Shown here one piece after another: positions 37,264-46,774 of a DNA stretch of 64,000 bases. Source of the stretch: an uncultured Ruminococcus sp. (GTDB taxonomy: Bacteria; Bacillota; Clostridia; RUG12999); assembly GCA_902784805.1 (NCBI GenBank), contig CACZWD010000016.1:16754-80753 (forward strand). The letters are read 5' to 3'. The notes under the pieces are model-generated. The model saw nothing but the letters and a program-made list of their open reading frames with translations, made no database searches and had not been told where the DNA came from. The stretch's first letter is position 1, and each line of letters starts with the position of its first letter. The translations under genes and the position numbers were made by a program.

Positions 37264-38370
37264 CTATGACTGTTCGCCAATTCCGAAAAGCTTTGATATA
37301 TCATTTTCGTTTATTTTGGAACCGATAACGCAAATTCTTCCCGTTATATCGGCATTGCCGCTGCGTATGTCGGGCTCTCCGGGAATATAGTCAAAATGAA
37401 TCCAGCTTTCATCGGTTGATTCCACAATTCCTTTCGCGCGAAGAATTGTACCGTATTTTTCGGAATTTTCCAATTCTTTTAAAATATTTTCAAGCTGTCC
37501 TTTGGAAAATTTGTGTGTTGTCTCCGCGCCCCAGCTTGTAAACACATCATCGGCATGGTGATGATGTCCGTGCTCGTGATGGTGTTCATCGTGATGTTCG
37601 TGTTCATGCTCGTCGTGATGGTGTTCGTCGTGATGTTCATGATGATGTTCGTGTTCGTGGTGATGTTCACATTCGTGGTCATGTTCATCATGGTGGTGCT
37701 CATGGTCGTGATGATGTCCGCAAACAGGACAGATTTCCTCCTCATCTTCAAGCTGTTTTAAAACTGCGTCAAGACCGCTTTTACGTTCCATAGCGTCAAG
37801 AAGCTGCAAGCCTGTAAGCTTATCCCACGGTGTTGTTACGATTATTGCGGTTTTGTTATGCTCACGAATAAGCTTGACGCAGGTATCAATCTTTTCATCG
37901 GAAATACCGCCTGTGTGACTTAAAACAATACAACCGGCGTGTTCTATCTGGTCATTAAAAAATTCACCGAAATTTTTCATATACATTTTGCATTTGTTCG
38001 CGTCCGCAACGGTGGTAAACCCGTTAAGTACCGCACCGTGCTCGGCGGCGCCTTGTACAGCGCGGATAACATCGCTGAGCTTTCCTACGCCCGAAGGCTC
38101 AATAAGTATCCTGTCGGGTTTCAGTTCCGAAAGCACTTTTTTTAGAGCTTCACCGAAATCGCCCACAAGGCTGCAGCATATACAGCCCGAATTCATTTCC
38201 GTTATTTCAATGCCTGCTTCTTTTAAAAAGCCGCCGTCAATGCCTATTTCACCAAATTCATTTTCGATTAAAACAACCTTTTCGCCTTTATACGCTTCTT
38301 CAATAAGTTTTTTTATAAGCGTAGTTTTGCCTGCGCCCAGAAATCCTGAAAAAATGTCAATTTTCGTCAT
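37264..38370 (-). CDS. COG0523/CobW-family metallochaperone GTPase with long His-rich insert
   Basis: GFLGAGKTT, the CICCSL (CxCC) motif, and a His/Glu/Asp tract of about 55 aa (HHHDHEHHHDEHDHECEHHHEHEHHH...). Confidence 0.8.
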   Translation of the reverse strand: MTKIDIFSGFLGAGKTTLIKKLIEEAYKGEKVVLIENEFGEIGIDGGFLKEAGIEITEMNSGCICCSLVGDFGEALKKVLSELKPDRILIEPSGVGKLSDVIRAVQGAAEHGAVLNGFTTVADANKCKMYMKNFGEFFNDQIEHAGCIVLSHTGGISDEKIDTCVKLIREHNKTAIIVTTPWDKLTGLQLLDAMERKSGLDAVLKQLEDEEEICPVCGHHHDHEHHHDEHDHECEHHHEHEHHHEHHDEHHHDEHEHEHHDEHHHEHGHHHHADDVFTSWGAETTHKFSKGQLENILKELENSEKYGTILRAKGIVESTDESWIHFDYIPGEPDIRSGNADITGRICVIGSKINENDISKLFGIGEQS

Positions 38371-38391
38371 TATATGTTCATTCCTTATTTT

Positions 38392-39228
38392 CTAAATTTT
38401 AGATATTAAATCTGCGGCGCCTTTTAAAAATTCACCGTTTACAGTTTCAATTTTGCCCTCATCGCAAGCCTTTGCGGCTTCCGGGTCAATGGGAAGCTTC
38501 GCAAGTACAGGCACGCCGTATTCTTTAGCAAGAGCGTCAATGTGACTTTCACCGAACACTTTTATTTTTTTTCCGCAGTCGGGACAAAGAGCAAAGCTCA
38601 TATTTTCAACAAAACCAAGTATCGGTATATTCATAGTCTTAGCCATTTTTACGGCTTTTTCAACAATCATTGAAACAAGCTCCTGCGGTGAAGTCACAAT
38701 TATAATTCCGTCAAGAGGTATAGATTGAAATACAGTAAGAGGCACATCTCCCGTACCGGGAGGCATATCCACAAACATATAGTCCACATCTGTCCATACA
38801 CAATCTGTCCAGAACTGACGTACAAGATTTGAAATCATTGCGCCGCGCCAGAGGATAGGGTCGCTGTCGTTGTCCAAAAGAAGATTTGAGGACATAATTT
38901 GTGTTCCTCCTTCCGAAACAGAGGCAAGAAGCGCGTTTTCATTGCCGACAGCCCGTTCTTTCAGCCCGAAAGCCTTGGGAATTGAAGGTCCTGTAATATC
39001 CGCGTCAAGTATAGCGGTTTTTAAGCCCTTTCTTTGGAGGAGTACAGCAAGCATTGAAGTTACAAATGATTTTCCTACGCCGCCCTTTCCGCTTACAACA
39101 CCAATTATTTTTTTTACAGAGCTTAACTCATGAGGCTTCTCAATTAGACTCTCAGGCTTTTCGCCTTCGGTTCTTGATGAGCAGTTTGCCGAACAAGTGC
39201 TGCAATCATGTGTACATTCTTCACTCAT
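38392..39228 (-). CDS. Mrp/NBP35/ApbC-family Fe-S cluster carrier ATPase with Cys-rich N-terminus
   Basis: SGKGGVGKS deviant Walker A motif, CPDCG motif, and N-terminal CTHDCSTCSANC. Confidence 0.8.
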   Translation of the reverse strand: MSEECTHDCSTCSANCSSRTEGEKPESLIEKPHELSSVKKIIGVVSGKGGVGKSFVTSMLAVLLQRKGLKTAILDADITGPSIPKAFGLKERAVGNENALLASVSEGGTQIMSSNLLLDNDSDPILWRGAMISNLVRQFWTDCVWTDVDYMFVDMPPGTGDVPLTVFQSIPLDGIIIVTSPQELVSMIVEKAVKMAKTMNIPILGFVENMSFALCPDCGKKIKVFGESHIDALAKEYGVPVLAKLPIDPEAAKACDEGKIETVNGEFLKGAADLISKI

Positions 39229-39322
39229 ATATATCAAGTCCTTTCCGTTAATAAACCAACATAAAATATTATACTCTTTTTTTAACCAAAAGTCAACGAA
39301 AATACACTATTTTTGTGTATTT

Positions 39323-40330
39323 TTAAATAATCAGCATTGCGTCGCCAAAACTGAAAAAGCGATAGCGATTATCGACGGCGGCTTTATATGCGGCAAGAAT
39401 GTTTTCTCTTCCCGCAAAGGCACTTACAAGCATTATCAGTGTTGATTTGGGCAAGTGAAAATTGGTGATAAGTCCGTCAATTACTTTAAATTCCTTGCCG
39501 GGATATAAAAATATACTTGTATCAATACCGTCATTCATACCAACGGTTTCAAGCGTTCTTGTACTGGTTGTTCCGACAGCGATAACCCTGCCGCCGCAGG
39601 CTTTTGCTTTATTTATTTTTTCTGCCGCTTCCGCTGTGACGATGTAATGCTCCGAATGCATAATATGTTCTTCAACGGTATCTGCTTTTACGGGACGAAA
39701 GGTTCCGAGTCCCACGTGCAGTGTAAGAAAGGCAATATCAATGCCCATTGACTGTATTTCGTCAAGCAGCTCTTTTGTAAAATGCAATCCCGCTGTGGGA
39801 GCGGCAGCCGAGCCTTCATATTTCGCGTAAACAGTTTGGTAGCGGTCTTTTTCCTTCAGCTTTTCCGTTATATAAGGAGGCAGAGGCATTTCACCGAGCT
39901 TATCAAGTATTTCCTCAAAAATACCATCATATTCAAACTTTATTTTTCTGTTGCCTGTTACATCGACAGATACAATTTTACCTTTAAGCTCGCCGTTTCC
40001 GAAAATCACATATTCGCCGATTTTAACTTTTTTGGCAGGCTTCATAATACAGTCCCAAATGTCGCCCGGCTCCCTCTTTAAAAGCAAAACCTCAACTTCT
40101 CTTGATGAATGTTCTTTTATGCCGTAAAGCCTTGCCGGAATAACCTTTGTATCATTCAGAACGAGGCAATCGCCCGGTTTTAAATATGATTTTATGTCTG
40201 AAAAAATTTTATGACAGGTAGCGCCTGTTTTTCTGTCCAGAACAAGAAGTCTTGAACGGTCACGTTCTTTTATGGGGGTTTGAGCTATAAGCTCCTGCGG
40301 CAAATCAAAATCAAATAAATCTACGTTCAT
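39323..40330 (-). CDS. queA: S-adenosylmethionine:tRNA ribosyltransferase-isomerase
   Basis: [20 protein letters not shown] and [10 protein letters not shown] are QueA signatures. Confidence 0.9.
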   Translation of the reverse strand: MNVDLFDFDLPQELIAQTPIKERDRSRLLVLDRKTGATCHKIFSDIKSYLKPGDCLVLNDTKVIPARLYGIKEHSSREVEVLLLKREPGDIWDCIMKPAKKVKIGEYVIFGNGELKGKIVSVDVTGNRKIKFEYDGIFEEILDKLGEMPLPPYITEKLKEKDRYQTVYAKYEGSAAAPTAGLHFTKELLDEIQSMGIDIAFLTLHVGLGTFRPVKADTVEEHIMHSEHYIVTAEAAEKINKAKACGGRVIAVGTTSTRTLETVGMNDGIDTSIFLYPGKEFKVIDGLITNFHLPKSTLIMLVSAFAGRENILAAYKAAVDNRYRFFSFGDAMLII

Positions 40331-40385
40331 ATTTCCTCCGGGTTAAAACTTTTACTGCCGCCTTAACGGCGGCAGCAGAAAGGGT

Positions 40386-41585
40386 TTATTCAAGCACTCT
40401 GATAAATTTTTTGAAACCGTTAAGCTTTCCGGTTTTTTCTGCAAGCTCTTTTTCGGTAAGCAGGGGAGTGATAAAAGCAAATTCATCTTCTTTTATTTCC
40501 GTAAAGCTTACATTTCCAAACAATTCTTTCGCGTAAGCTTTGTCTTTTGTATCAGTCCGCACAAACCATATAGATTTTGTGCTTTTAATATCTTCCATAA
40601 TATCATTTTTTGTACGTACCCATTTTATCGGTCTGCTCACGCCGAGCGCGGCGTCTATAATATCACTCACGACAGCGCTTGCGGTCGGCAGCTTGCCTGC
40701 ACCTTTGCCGTAAAACATGGCGTCACCTATCGCGTTTCCGCGCACGAGAATAGCGTTAAACACATCATCAACGCCCGAAAGAGCGGAGCTTTTCGGGACA
40801 AGCATGGGAGATACACGCGCGAAAACCCTTTCGCCGTCCCTTCTGCAGTAACCGATAAGCTTAATAACGCTGCCCAATTTTTCCGCGTATTCAACATCTG
40901 TAAGTTCAATATTTGTGATACCTTCGGTATATATTTTATCCGGATCAAGCTCCTTGCCGAAAGCAAGGTCTGCAAGAATCGCAATTTTGCGGCATGCATC
41001 AATACCTTCAACGTCAGCTTCGGGATTTGCTTCGGCATATCCAAGCTCCTGCGCCGTTGACAGAGCTGCCTCAAAGCTTTTTCCGTTTTTAATCATCTGC
41101 GTTAAAATATAGTTGGTTGTGCCGTTCAGTATGCCGAAAATTTCACTTATCTCGTTCGCTGTCAGGCATTGATGAATAGGATGAATTATCGGGATACCTC
41201 CTCCGACACTTGCCTCGAAAAGATAGCTGACTCCGTTTTTTTCGGCAATTTCGAGAAGCTCCGCGCCGTGAGTCGCGACAAGCTCTTTGTTTGATGTAAC
41301 AACGCTTTTTCCGGCTTCAAGAAGTTTTTTTGTGAATTCGTAAGCGATTTTTGCTCCGCCGATAACTTCAGCCGCAACCGAAATCTCATCATCATTTAAT
41401 ATATCATCAAAATTTTTGGTAAAAAGCTTACTTGCCGGATGCCCGGGAAAATCTCTGATATCAAGAATATATTTAACCTCAACAGGCTGACCGGCACGTT
41501 TTTCAATGCCGCTTTTATTGGTTTTAAGGACTTCGTAAACTCCGCTTCCGACGGTACCGAAACCTAAAATTGCAACTTTTGTCAT
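40386..41585 (-). CDS. hom: homoserine dehydrogenase
   Basis: N-terminal GFGTVGSG Rossmann motif, a catalytic domain and a C-terminal ACT-like region. The ATG at 41585 has a ggagga RBS. Confidence 0.85.
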   Translation of the reverse strand: MTKVAILGFGTVGSGVYEVLKTNKSGIEKRAGQPVEVKYILDIRDFPGHPASKLFTKNFDDILNDDEISVAAEVIGGAKIAYEFTKKLLEAGKSVVTSNKELVATHGAELLEIAEKNGVSYLFEASVGGGIPIIHPIHQCLTANEISEIFGILNGTTNYILTQMIKNGKSFEAALSTAQELGYAEANPEADVEGIDACRKIAILADLAFGKELDPDKIYTEGITNIELTDVEYAEKLGSVIKLIGYCRRDGERVFARVSPMLVPKSSALSGVDDVFNAILVRGNAIGDAMFYGKGAGKLPTASAVVSDIIDAALGVSRPIKWVRTKNDIMEDIKSTKSIWFVRTDTKDKAYAKELFGNVSFTEIKEDEFAFITPLLTEKELAEKTGKLNGFKKFIRVLE

Positions 41586-41785
41586 AGTGTAATCCTCCAT
41601 TTGATATATCAATATATATGATACACCATTTTAATGTAAAAATCAAGTATTTTTTACTATTTTTACTAATGAAGGAGAAATAATAGCAAAGTATTGACTT
41701 TTTTTAAAAATATGTTAAACTATAATCAGTTAAAAATATTAAATTTTTAAAAAGTCATAAAAGCGTAAGGAAGTGGATAATACGT

Positions 41786-42478
41786 ATGAAAATTTTTAAA
41801 AAAATATTTTTGCTGATTTTGATTGCGGGGATTATATTTTGCGGGTATCAGGTAAAGCTCGGATATGAAAAATACTCTGCCGCGCTTGCAGAACTGCCTC
41901 TTGACAGGGCAATCGCGAATCTGCAGGAAAAAGAGCATTATACATATTATGATGACATTCCCGAAATATATTTTAAAGCCGTTGTCGCGGTTGAGGACAG
42001 GCGTTTCTATAAACACAAAGGTTTTGATTTTATCGGAGCCGCAAGAGCAATTTACAATGATATAAGAGCGAAAGAAATGCTTGAAGGCGGGAGCACTATA
42101 TCTCAGCAGCTTGCTAAAAATATGTATTTTCCGAAGGATTATACTCTTCAGCGGAAAATAGCGGAAATTTTTATGGCAAGTAAAATTGAAAAAGAATACA
42201 AGAAAGAAGATATACTTGAATTTTACGCGAATATAATATATTTCGGAAGCGGATATTATTGTATATATGACGCGGCTGAAGGTTATTTCGGTAAAAAACC
42301 CGCAGATATGACGGGCGATGAATGTACACTTCTTGCGGGAGTACCGAATGCCCCGTCGGTTTATTCGCCGAAGGTAAACCCCGGACTTGCAAAAAACAGA
42401 CAGGAAAAGGTTATAAAAAGTATGATTGAATGTGGCTACATATCTGATAAGGGTGATTTGTTAAACAATGAGCGCTGA
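41786..42478 (+). CDS. mtgA: monofunctional peptidoglycan glycosyltransferase (GT51)
   Basis: AVEDRRFYKHKGFD and GGSTISQQLAKN are GT51 motifs, and there is an N-terminal TM anchor. Confidence 0.8.
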   Translation: MKIFKKIFLLILIAGIIFCGYQVKLGYEKYSAALAELPLDRAIANLQEKEHYTYYDDIPEIYFKAVVAVEDRRFYKHKGFDFIGAARAIYNDIRAKEMLEGGSTISQQLAKNMYFPKDYTLQRKIAEIFMASKIEKEYKKEDILEFYANIIYFGSGYYCIYDAAEGYFGKKPADMTGDECTLLAGVPNAPSVYSPKVNPGLAKNRQEKVIKSMIECGYISDKGDLLNNER

Positions 42479-42555
42479 TAACATTTTTTGTTAAAGAACG
42501 CATTATAACGCAGTATATAGTAAAAAACAATTTCAACAGTTGTGGCATTTACAAG

Positions 42556-43215
42556 GTGAGAGCTTTTGTTATTCCGGCAAGAGTTGAGCGCCTCCGGGTT
42601 GAGGGCTTTAAAAGCGTGAAAATACCACAAAAATCATTGACAAATGCGGTAAAGGGTGGTATAATAAAAGAGAGCAGTAAAAAGGGCGTAACAAGCATAA
42701 CGGATTCAGCAATTGAAAAAGTGCCGAAGGTAAGTATAAAAGGCTTTACAGACGAACAGAATACTTTTATACAGCAACAGCATAAAGAACTATTACTGTA
42801 TGCACGTGACGAGAACGAAAGCAAAGAGGTTGCTTTTGTATTTAAAAAAGATTTTTCGGAAAAAATATCTTTTAAAGGCGATGAAGAACATGTAAGTTTC
42901 GGTGCTGCTTTACAAGGTAAAGGTAATAACTTGTTTGTTATGCATAATCATCCGAAAAATAGTGGTTATTCAGATACAGATATTATATTTTTTATAAGTG
43001 ATGAAAGGGTACAAACCTTAACATTGGTAAAGAATAACGGTTCTGTAGAAGTGATAAATAAATTTGAAAAATTTGACCGTCTAAAAGCGACAAATACGTT
43101 TAAAAGAATTTATAAAAAAACAGTAAAAACAGGCACAGAACACGAAAAAGATATGGCAGTTAAAAAGTTTTTAGAAAAAGGATACGGTGGTTTTGAATGG
43201 ATGAAAAAAGAATAA
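42556..43215 (+). CDS. phage-derived protein fragment with JAB/RadC-like motif (possible C-terminal module of a head-morphogenesis MuF/gp7-like protein)
   Basis: GTG start with no convincing RBS. The motif is VMHNHPKNSGYSDTD. The region is AT-richer than its neighbours and lies upstream of a scaffold gene. Confidence 0.35.
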   Translation: MRAFVIPARVERLRVEGFKSVKIPQKSLTNAVKGGIIKESSKKGVTSITDSAIEKVPKVSIKGFTDEQNTFIQQQHKELLLYARDENESKEVAFVFKKDFSEKISFKGDEEHVSFGAALQGKGNNLFVMHNHPKNSGYSDTDIIFFISDERVQTLTLVKNNGSVEVINKFEKFDRLKATNTFKRIYKKTVKTGTEHEKDMAVKKFLEKGYGGFEWMKKE

Positions 43216-43334
43216 ATTTCCTTGATGGGAGTATTGAGGAAAGAGAAAGAGCGGTTAAAGAATTTTTTGGATTAAAACCCGAACAGTCGTTTCAAGATTT
43301 AGAAATTGAAGATGATGAGGAAAACGACGAATAA
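43197..43334 (+). CDS. small acidic protein (45 aa, MDEKRINFLDGSIEERERAVKEFFGLKPEQSFQDLEIEDDEENDE)
   Basis: The ATG overlaps the end of the preceding ORF. Two terminators follow. It is below the ORF-track cutoff. Confidence 0.35.
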   Translation: MDEKRINFLDGSIEERERAVKEFFGLKPEQSFQDLEIEDDEENDE

Positions 43335-43337
43335 AAC

Positions 43338-43369
43338 AGCACTTATCCATATGATAGGTGCTATTTTTA
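43338..43369 (+). terminator. intrinsic terminator (first of a tandem pair with near-identical stems)
   Basis: agcacttatc / catat / gataggtgct, followed by atttttat. Confidence 0.6.
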
Positions 43370-43389
43370 TACACTAATTCAATAATTCA

Positions 43390-43421
43390 AGCACTTACTT
43401 TTACGGTAGGTGCTTTTATTA
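43390..43421 (+). terminator. intrinsic terminator (second of the tandem pair)
   Basis: agcacttac / ttttacg / gtaggtgct, followed by tttatta. Confidence 0.5.
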
Positions 43422-43509
43422 TACCCAAAAATAAGTCCGCAATGACGTAAAACTAAGTGAGCGAGCCAAAGCAACTGGCGTAAAACAGCGTAGCAAAAGG
43501 AAGGAAACC

Positions 43510-44209
43510 ATGACAAGAGAGGAACTTAAAAAAATTGTAGAGGGCGTTACCGATGAGCAGCTTGATAAAATTCTCGGTACCGGTAGGCTGTAACACCTAA
43601 AACTTCACACTATTATCTTTGTATAAGCTGCGTAAGCAGCGTTTTCCTTCTTGACGGGCGTCAGCCCGCCTGCGTCGTCATCCTTGTTTGCACAGCTTAT
43701 ACTTTGATACTAATGCAAACTTTTAGATGCTACAGCCTACTAACGGAGCGGACATCAACAAGGCGAAAAACGGTGTTGACGCCTTAAAGACCGAGCTTGA
43801 AAGCCTTAAAAAGGCGAAGGGTGAGCTTGAAAACAAGGTAAAAGACCTCACAGACAGCGCAAAGACGGCGGACGACTACAAAAAGGAGCTTGAGAAGCTG
43901 CAGAAGGAAGTCAAAGAAAAGGCGGAAGCAGAGGAAAAACAGAAAGCGGATAATGAGCTTACTGCTGCCATTGAAAACTCTTTCGGCGATAAAAAATTCA
44001 GCTCCGATTATGTGAGACGCGGCATAATTGCCGACATGAAAGCCGAGATTGCAAAGCCCGAAAACAAGGGCAAAGGCTATTCAGAAATCTTTGAAGCCTT
44101 AACGAAGGATAAGGCGGGGATTTTTGAAAATCCGAACAAGCCCGCCGATATGGCAGGTATAGGAAAAGCAGAAACTAAGACAGATGAAGCGGCAGCCAGG
44201 GCGGAATGA
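43510..44209 (+). pseudogene. phage scaffold protein (GP20-like) gene interrupted by a 152-bp MITE
   Basis: The 5' part (43510-43593, MTREELKKIVEGVTDEQLDKILGTGRL*) and the 3' part (43727-44209) are in different frames. Deleting 43586-43739 (154 nt) joins them in frame. Confidence 0.7.
43586..43737. mobile_element. 152-bp MITE-like element with 17-bp terminal inverted repeats, flanked by TA/TA
   Basis: Left end ggctgtaacacctaaaa versus the reverse complement of the right end, ggctgtagcatctaaaa (15/17 match). TA at 43584-85 and 43738-39. Nested internal inverted repeats (gtataagctg / cagcttatac). Confidence 0.7.
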
Positions 44210-44235
44210 CGATGCGCGTGTAACTGATTTTTGTG

Positions 44236-44271
44236 CAAACAAAAATCGGAACGGAGCTTTCGTCCGTTCCG
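44236..44271 (-). terminator. intrinsic terminator downstream of tRNA-Pro
   Basis: Same hairpin as at 36111-36135, followed by a U-run on the minus strand. Confidence 0.7.
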
Positions 44272-44274
44272 ACG

Positions 44275-44350
44275 TGGTCGGAGTGACAAGACTTGAACTT
44301 GCGGCCCCTAGACCCCCAGTCTAGTGCGCTACCAGCTGCGCCACACCCCG
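44275..44350 (-). tRNA. tRNA-Pro (anticodon GGG), encoded CCA
   Basis: Minus strand CGGGGTG-TG-GCGC-AGCTGGTA-GCGC-A-CTAGA-CTGGGGG-TCTAG-GGGCC-GCAAG-TTCAAGT-CTTGT-CACTCCG-A-CCA, 76 nt. Confidence 0.9.
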
Positions 44351-44527
44351 ATATTGTAACAAAAAAACATTATTTTCTTTTATCGACCATTATATTATAC
44401 CACATATTAAATTAAAATGCAAGCCCTAATTTTAAAAAAATTAAAAAATTAAATATTTTTCAAATACTTGCATATATATTAAAAATATGATAAAATATTT
44501 ACAAATATTTTGAGGGCGGGTGGTTTT

Positions 44528-45514
44528 ATGAATATTCGTGAAAGAACACAAAGCTTTGAGGAACTTATTCTTTGTCCGGAAGCGACGTTTTCAAAAAATA
44601 CGAAGGGCAGGAAAATTTATGAAGAGCCATGCCCTATGAGAACGGAATTTCAGCGTGACCGCGACAGAATAATTCATTCAAAAGCTTTCAGAAGATTAAA
44701 GCATAAAACTCAGGTTTTTCTGATACCGGAGGGGGACCATTACAGGACAAGACTTACGCATACGCTTGAGGTTGCGCAGATAGCAAGGAGTCTTGCGAGA
44801 ATACTCAGGCTTAATGAAGACCTTGTTGAGGCAATCGCTCTCGGTCATGACCTTGGACATACTCCTTTCGGACATGCGGGCGAGAGGACGTTAAATGAAA
44901 TGTTCGGAAATTTTAAACATGCGGAGCATAGTCTGCGTGTCGCGGAGCTTGAAGGGCTTAATCTTACATATGAGGTGAAAGACGGAATGGCAAATCACCG
45001 TTCGGACGGTAATCCGTCAACGTTTGAGGGAAGGCTTGTACAGCTTTCCGACAAATTTGCTTATGTAAATCATGATGTCGGTGACGCGCTGCGCGCCGGA
45101 CTTATTGTTTTTGAAGATATACCGAAGGAATGTATAAAAGTTTTGGGTGATACACATTCAAAACGCATAAATACGCTTATTACGGATATTGCAAAGCGCG
45201 GCATATCGGGAGGAAAAATTGAGCTTTCGGAAGATGTGAAAACCGCGTTTTTAAGTCTTCGTGATTTTTTGTTTAAAAAGGTTTATACCGATAATGCCGC
45301 AAAAGATGAGGAGGTTAAGGCAAAAAAAATTATTTCCGCGCTGTATTCTTATTTTACCGAACATCCGGAAGATTTGCCGGAGGACGAAAGAGGAAAGATT
45401 GCGGAAGGGCAAGAGGTTTGCCGCACAGTTTGTGATTATATTGCGGGCATGTCGGATTTTTATGCGATAAATGAATTTTCAAAAATATACATACCGAAAG
45501 CGTGGAAAACTTGA
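44528..45514 (+). CDS. dgt: dGTPase-like HD-domain triphosphohydrolase
   Basis: FQRDRDRIIHSKAFRRLKHKTQVF, the HD motif (GHDLGHTPFGH) and YICDYIAGMSD-like C-terminal sequence. Confidence 0.85.
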   Translation: MNIRERTQSFEELILCPEATFSKNTKGRKIYEEPCPMRTEFQRDRDRIIHSKAFRRLKHKTQVFLIPEGDHYRTRLTHTLEVAQIARSLARILRLNEDLVEAIALGHDLGHTPFGHAGERTLNEMFGNFKHAEHSLRVAELEGLNLTYEVKDGMANHRSDGNPSTFEGRLVQLSDKFAYVNHDVGDALRAGLIVFEDIPKECIKVLGDTHSKRINTLITDIAKRGISGGKIELSEDVKTAFLSLRDFLFKKVYTDNAAKDEEVKAKKIISALYSYFTEHPEDLPEDERGKIAEGQEVCRTVCDYIAGMSDFYAINEFSKIYIPKAWKT

Positions 45515-45665
45515 ATTTTTGCAAAAAAGTGCAATAATATGGCAAAAAATTGCAAAGGAAATTTTGAAAGTCTGTTGAAATATGTTCGTGTCAGTGGATT
45601 TATAGGTATTTTAACATATTTTTTGTTTTACAAATGCAAAAATTTATTTAAAAAGGACGGTATTT

Positions 45666-46733
45666 ATGGGCAGTAAAATTTACAATCTTGGAATCATCGG
45701 TTACGGCAGTATGGCGGGAATTCATAAAAAACAGCTTGGCAAAGGTAATGTGCGTGTCAAAATAAAAGGTGTTTATGATATTGATAAGGCACGTATGGAG
45801 CTTGCCTGTGAGCAAGGCTTTAAAGCGTATGCTTCGGCAGAAGAATTGCTTTCCGATACGGAAATAGATATTGTTCTTGTTTCGACAACAAATGAAACAC
45901 ATAAGGATTACGCGATAAAGGCTCTTAACGCGGGAAAGCACGTAATATGCGAAAAACCTGTAACGTTAAGCTCCGCCGAGCTTGAAGAAATAATGAGAGC
46001 AGCCGAAAAATCGGGCAAGGTTTTCACAATTGACCAGAACCGCCGCTTTAACCGTGATTTTATAAACGCTAAACGGCTTATCGAAAGCGGTGTACTTGGA
46101 AGAACCTATATTATTGAATCACGTGTTGAAGGCTCAAGAGGTGTTCCGAGAGGCTGGAGGACGGATAAAAACCGCGGCGGAGGTATGATGCTTGACTGGG
46201 GCGTACATCTTATTGACCAGATAATGCATATGACGGACGAAAAGGTTGTAAATGTTTTTTGTAAAATGTACAGTATAAATTTTCCCGAAGTTGATGACAA
46301 TTTCAGATTAACGCTTACATTTGAAAGCGGTTTTACGGCGCATATTGAAGTTTCTACCAACAACTACATTACAAGACCGAGATTTTATATTTACGGCACG
46401 GAAGGCACTGCGGTCATAACAGATTGGGACGGCAGCGGCGAATATATAAAAAAGCTTACGGACGATAGTAAATGGGATTCTGAGATTTTGCCTGTTAAAA
46501 TGGGTCCGTCAAAAACAATGGCGCCGAGAAATCCGGATACCGTAGAAACCGTTAAGCTTACAGAGCCGAAGGATGTTACGGATAACCTTGACCCTGTTTA
46601 TGAGCAGCTTATAAACGCCATTGAGGGCGGAGAGCTTTACATTAAGCCGGAACAAGCTATGCGGGTTATTAAGGTTATGGAAGCGGCGTTTAAATCCGCT
46701 GAAAGCGGTGAAACGGTTAAAACCGTAATTTAA
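45666..46733 (+). CDS. Gfo/Idh/MocA-family NAD(P)-dependent oxidoreductase
   Basis: N-terminal GIIGYGSMAG Rossmann motif and the EKP motif (VICEKP). Confidence 0.8.
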   Translation: MGSKIYNLGIIGYGSMAGIHKKQLGKGNVRVKIKGVYDIDKARMELACEQGFKAYASAEELLSDTEIDIVLVSTTNETHKDYAIKALNAGKHVICEKPVTLSSAELEEIMRAAEKSGKVFTIDQNRRFNRDFINAKRLIESGVLGRTYIIESRVEGSRGVPRGWRTDKNRGGGMMLDWGVHLIDQIMHMTDEKVVNVFCKMYSINFPEVDDNFRLTLTFESGFTAHIEVSTNNYITRPRFYIYGTEGTAVITDWDGSGEYIKKLTDDSKWDSEILPVKMGPSKTMAPRNPDTVETVKLTEPKDVTDNLDPVYEQLINAIEGGELYIKPEQAMRVIKVMEAAFKSAESGETVKTVI

Positions 46734-46736
46734 CTA

Positions 46737-46765
46737 TTGACATATAGTAAAAAAAGTGTTATAAT
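46737..46765 (+). promoter_or_regulatory. sigma-A promoter with extended -10 for the thiT leader
   Basis: ttgaca (46737-42), 17 nt, tgt-tataat (46757-65). Confidence 0.55.
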
Positions 46766-46774
46766 ATAGCCAAT

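Noticed and set aside
37479-37761. ORFs on both strands encoding Met/Thr/Asn-rich or Val/Met/Phe-rich peptides
   Set aside because: They are alternative-frame and antisense readings of the repetitive cat/gat/gaa tract that encodes the His-rich insert of the COG0523 GTPase.
43581-43740. Alternative explanations for the gap in the scaffold gene: a self-splicing intron or T4 gene-60-style translational bypassing
   Set aside because: The insert has terminal inverted repeats and TA flanks and folds as one long palindrome. It is far too short for a group I or II intron and lacks their conserved elements. No matching take-off and landing codon pair was evident. A MITE insertion explains every observation, although bypassing is not formally excluded.
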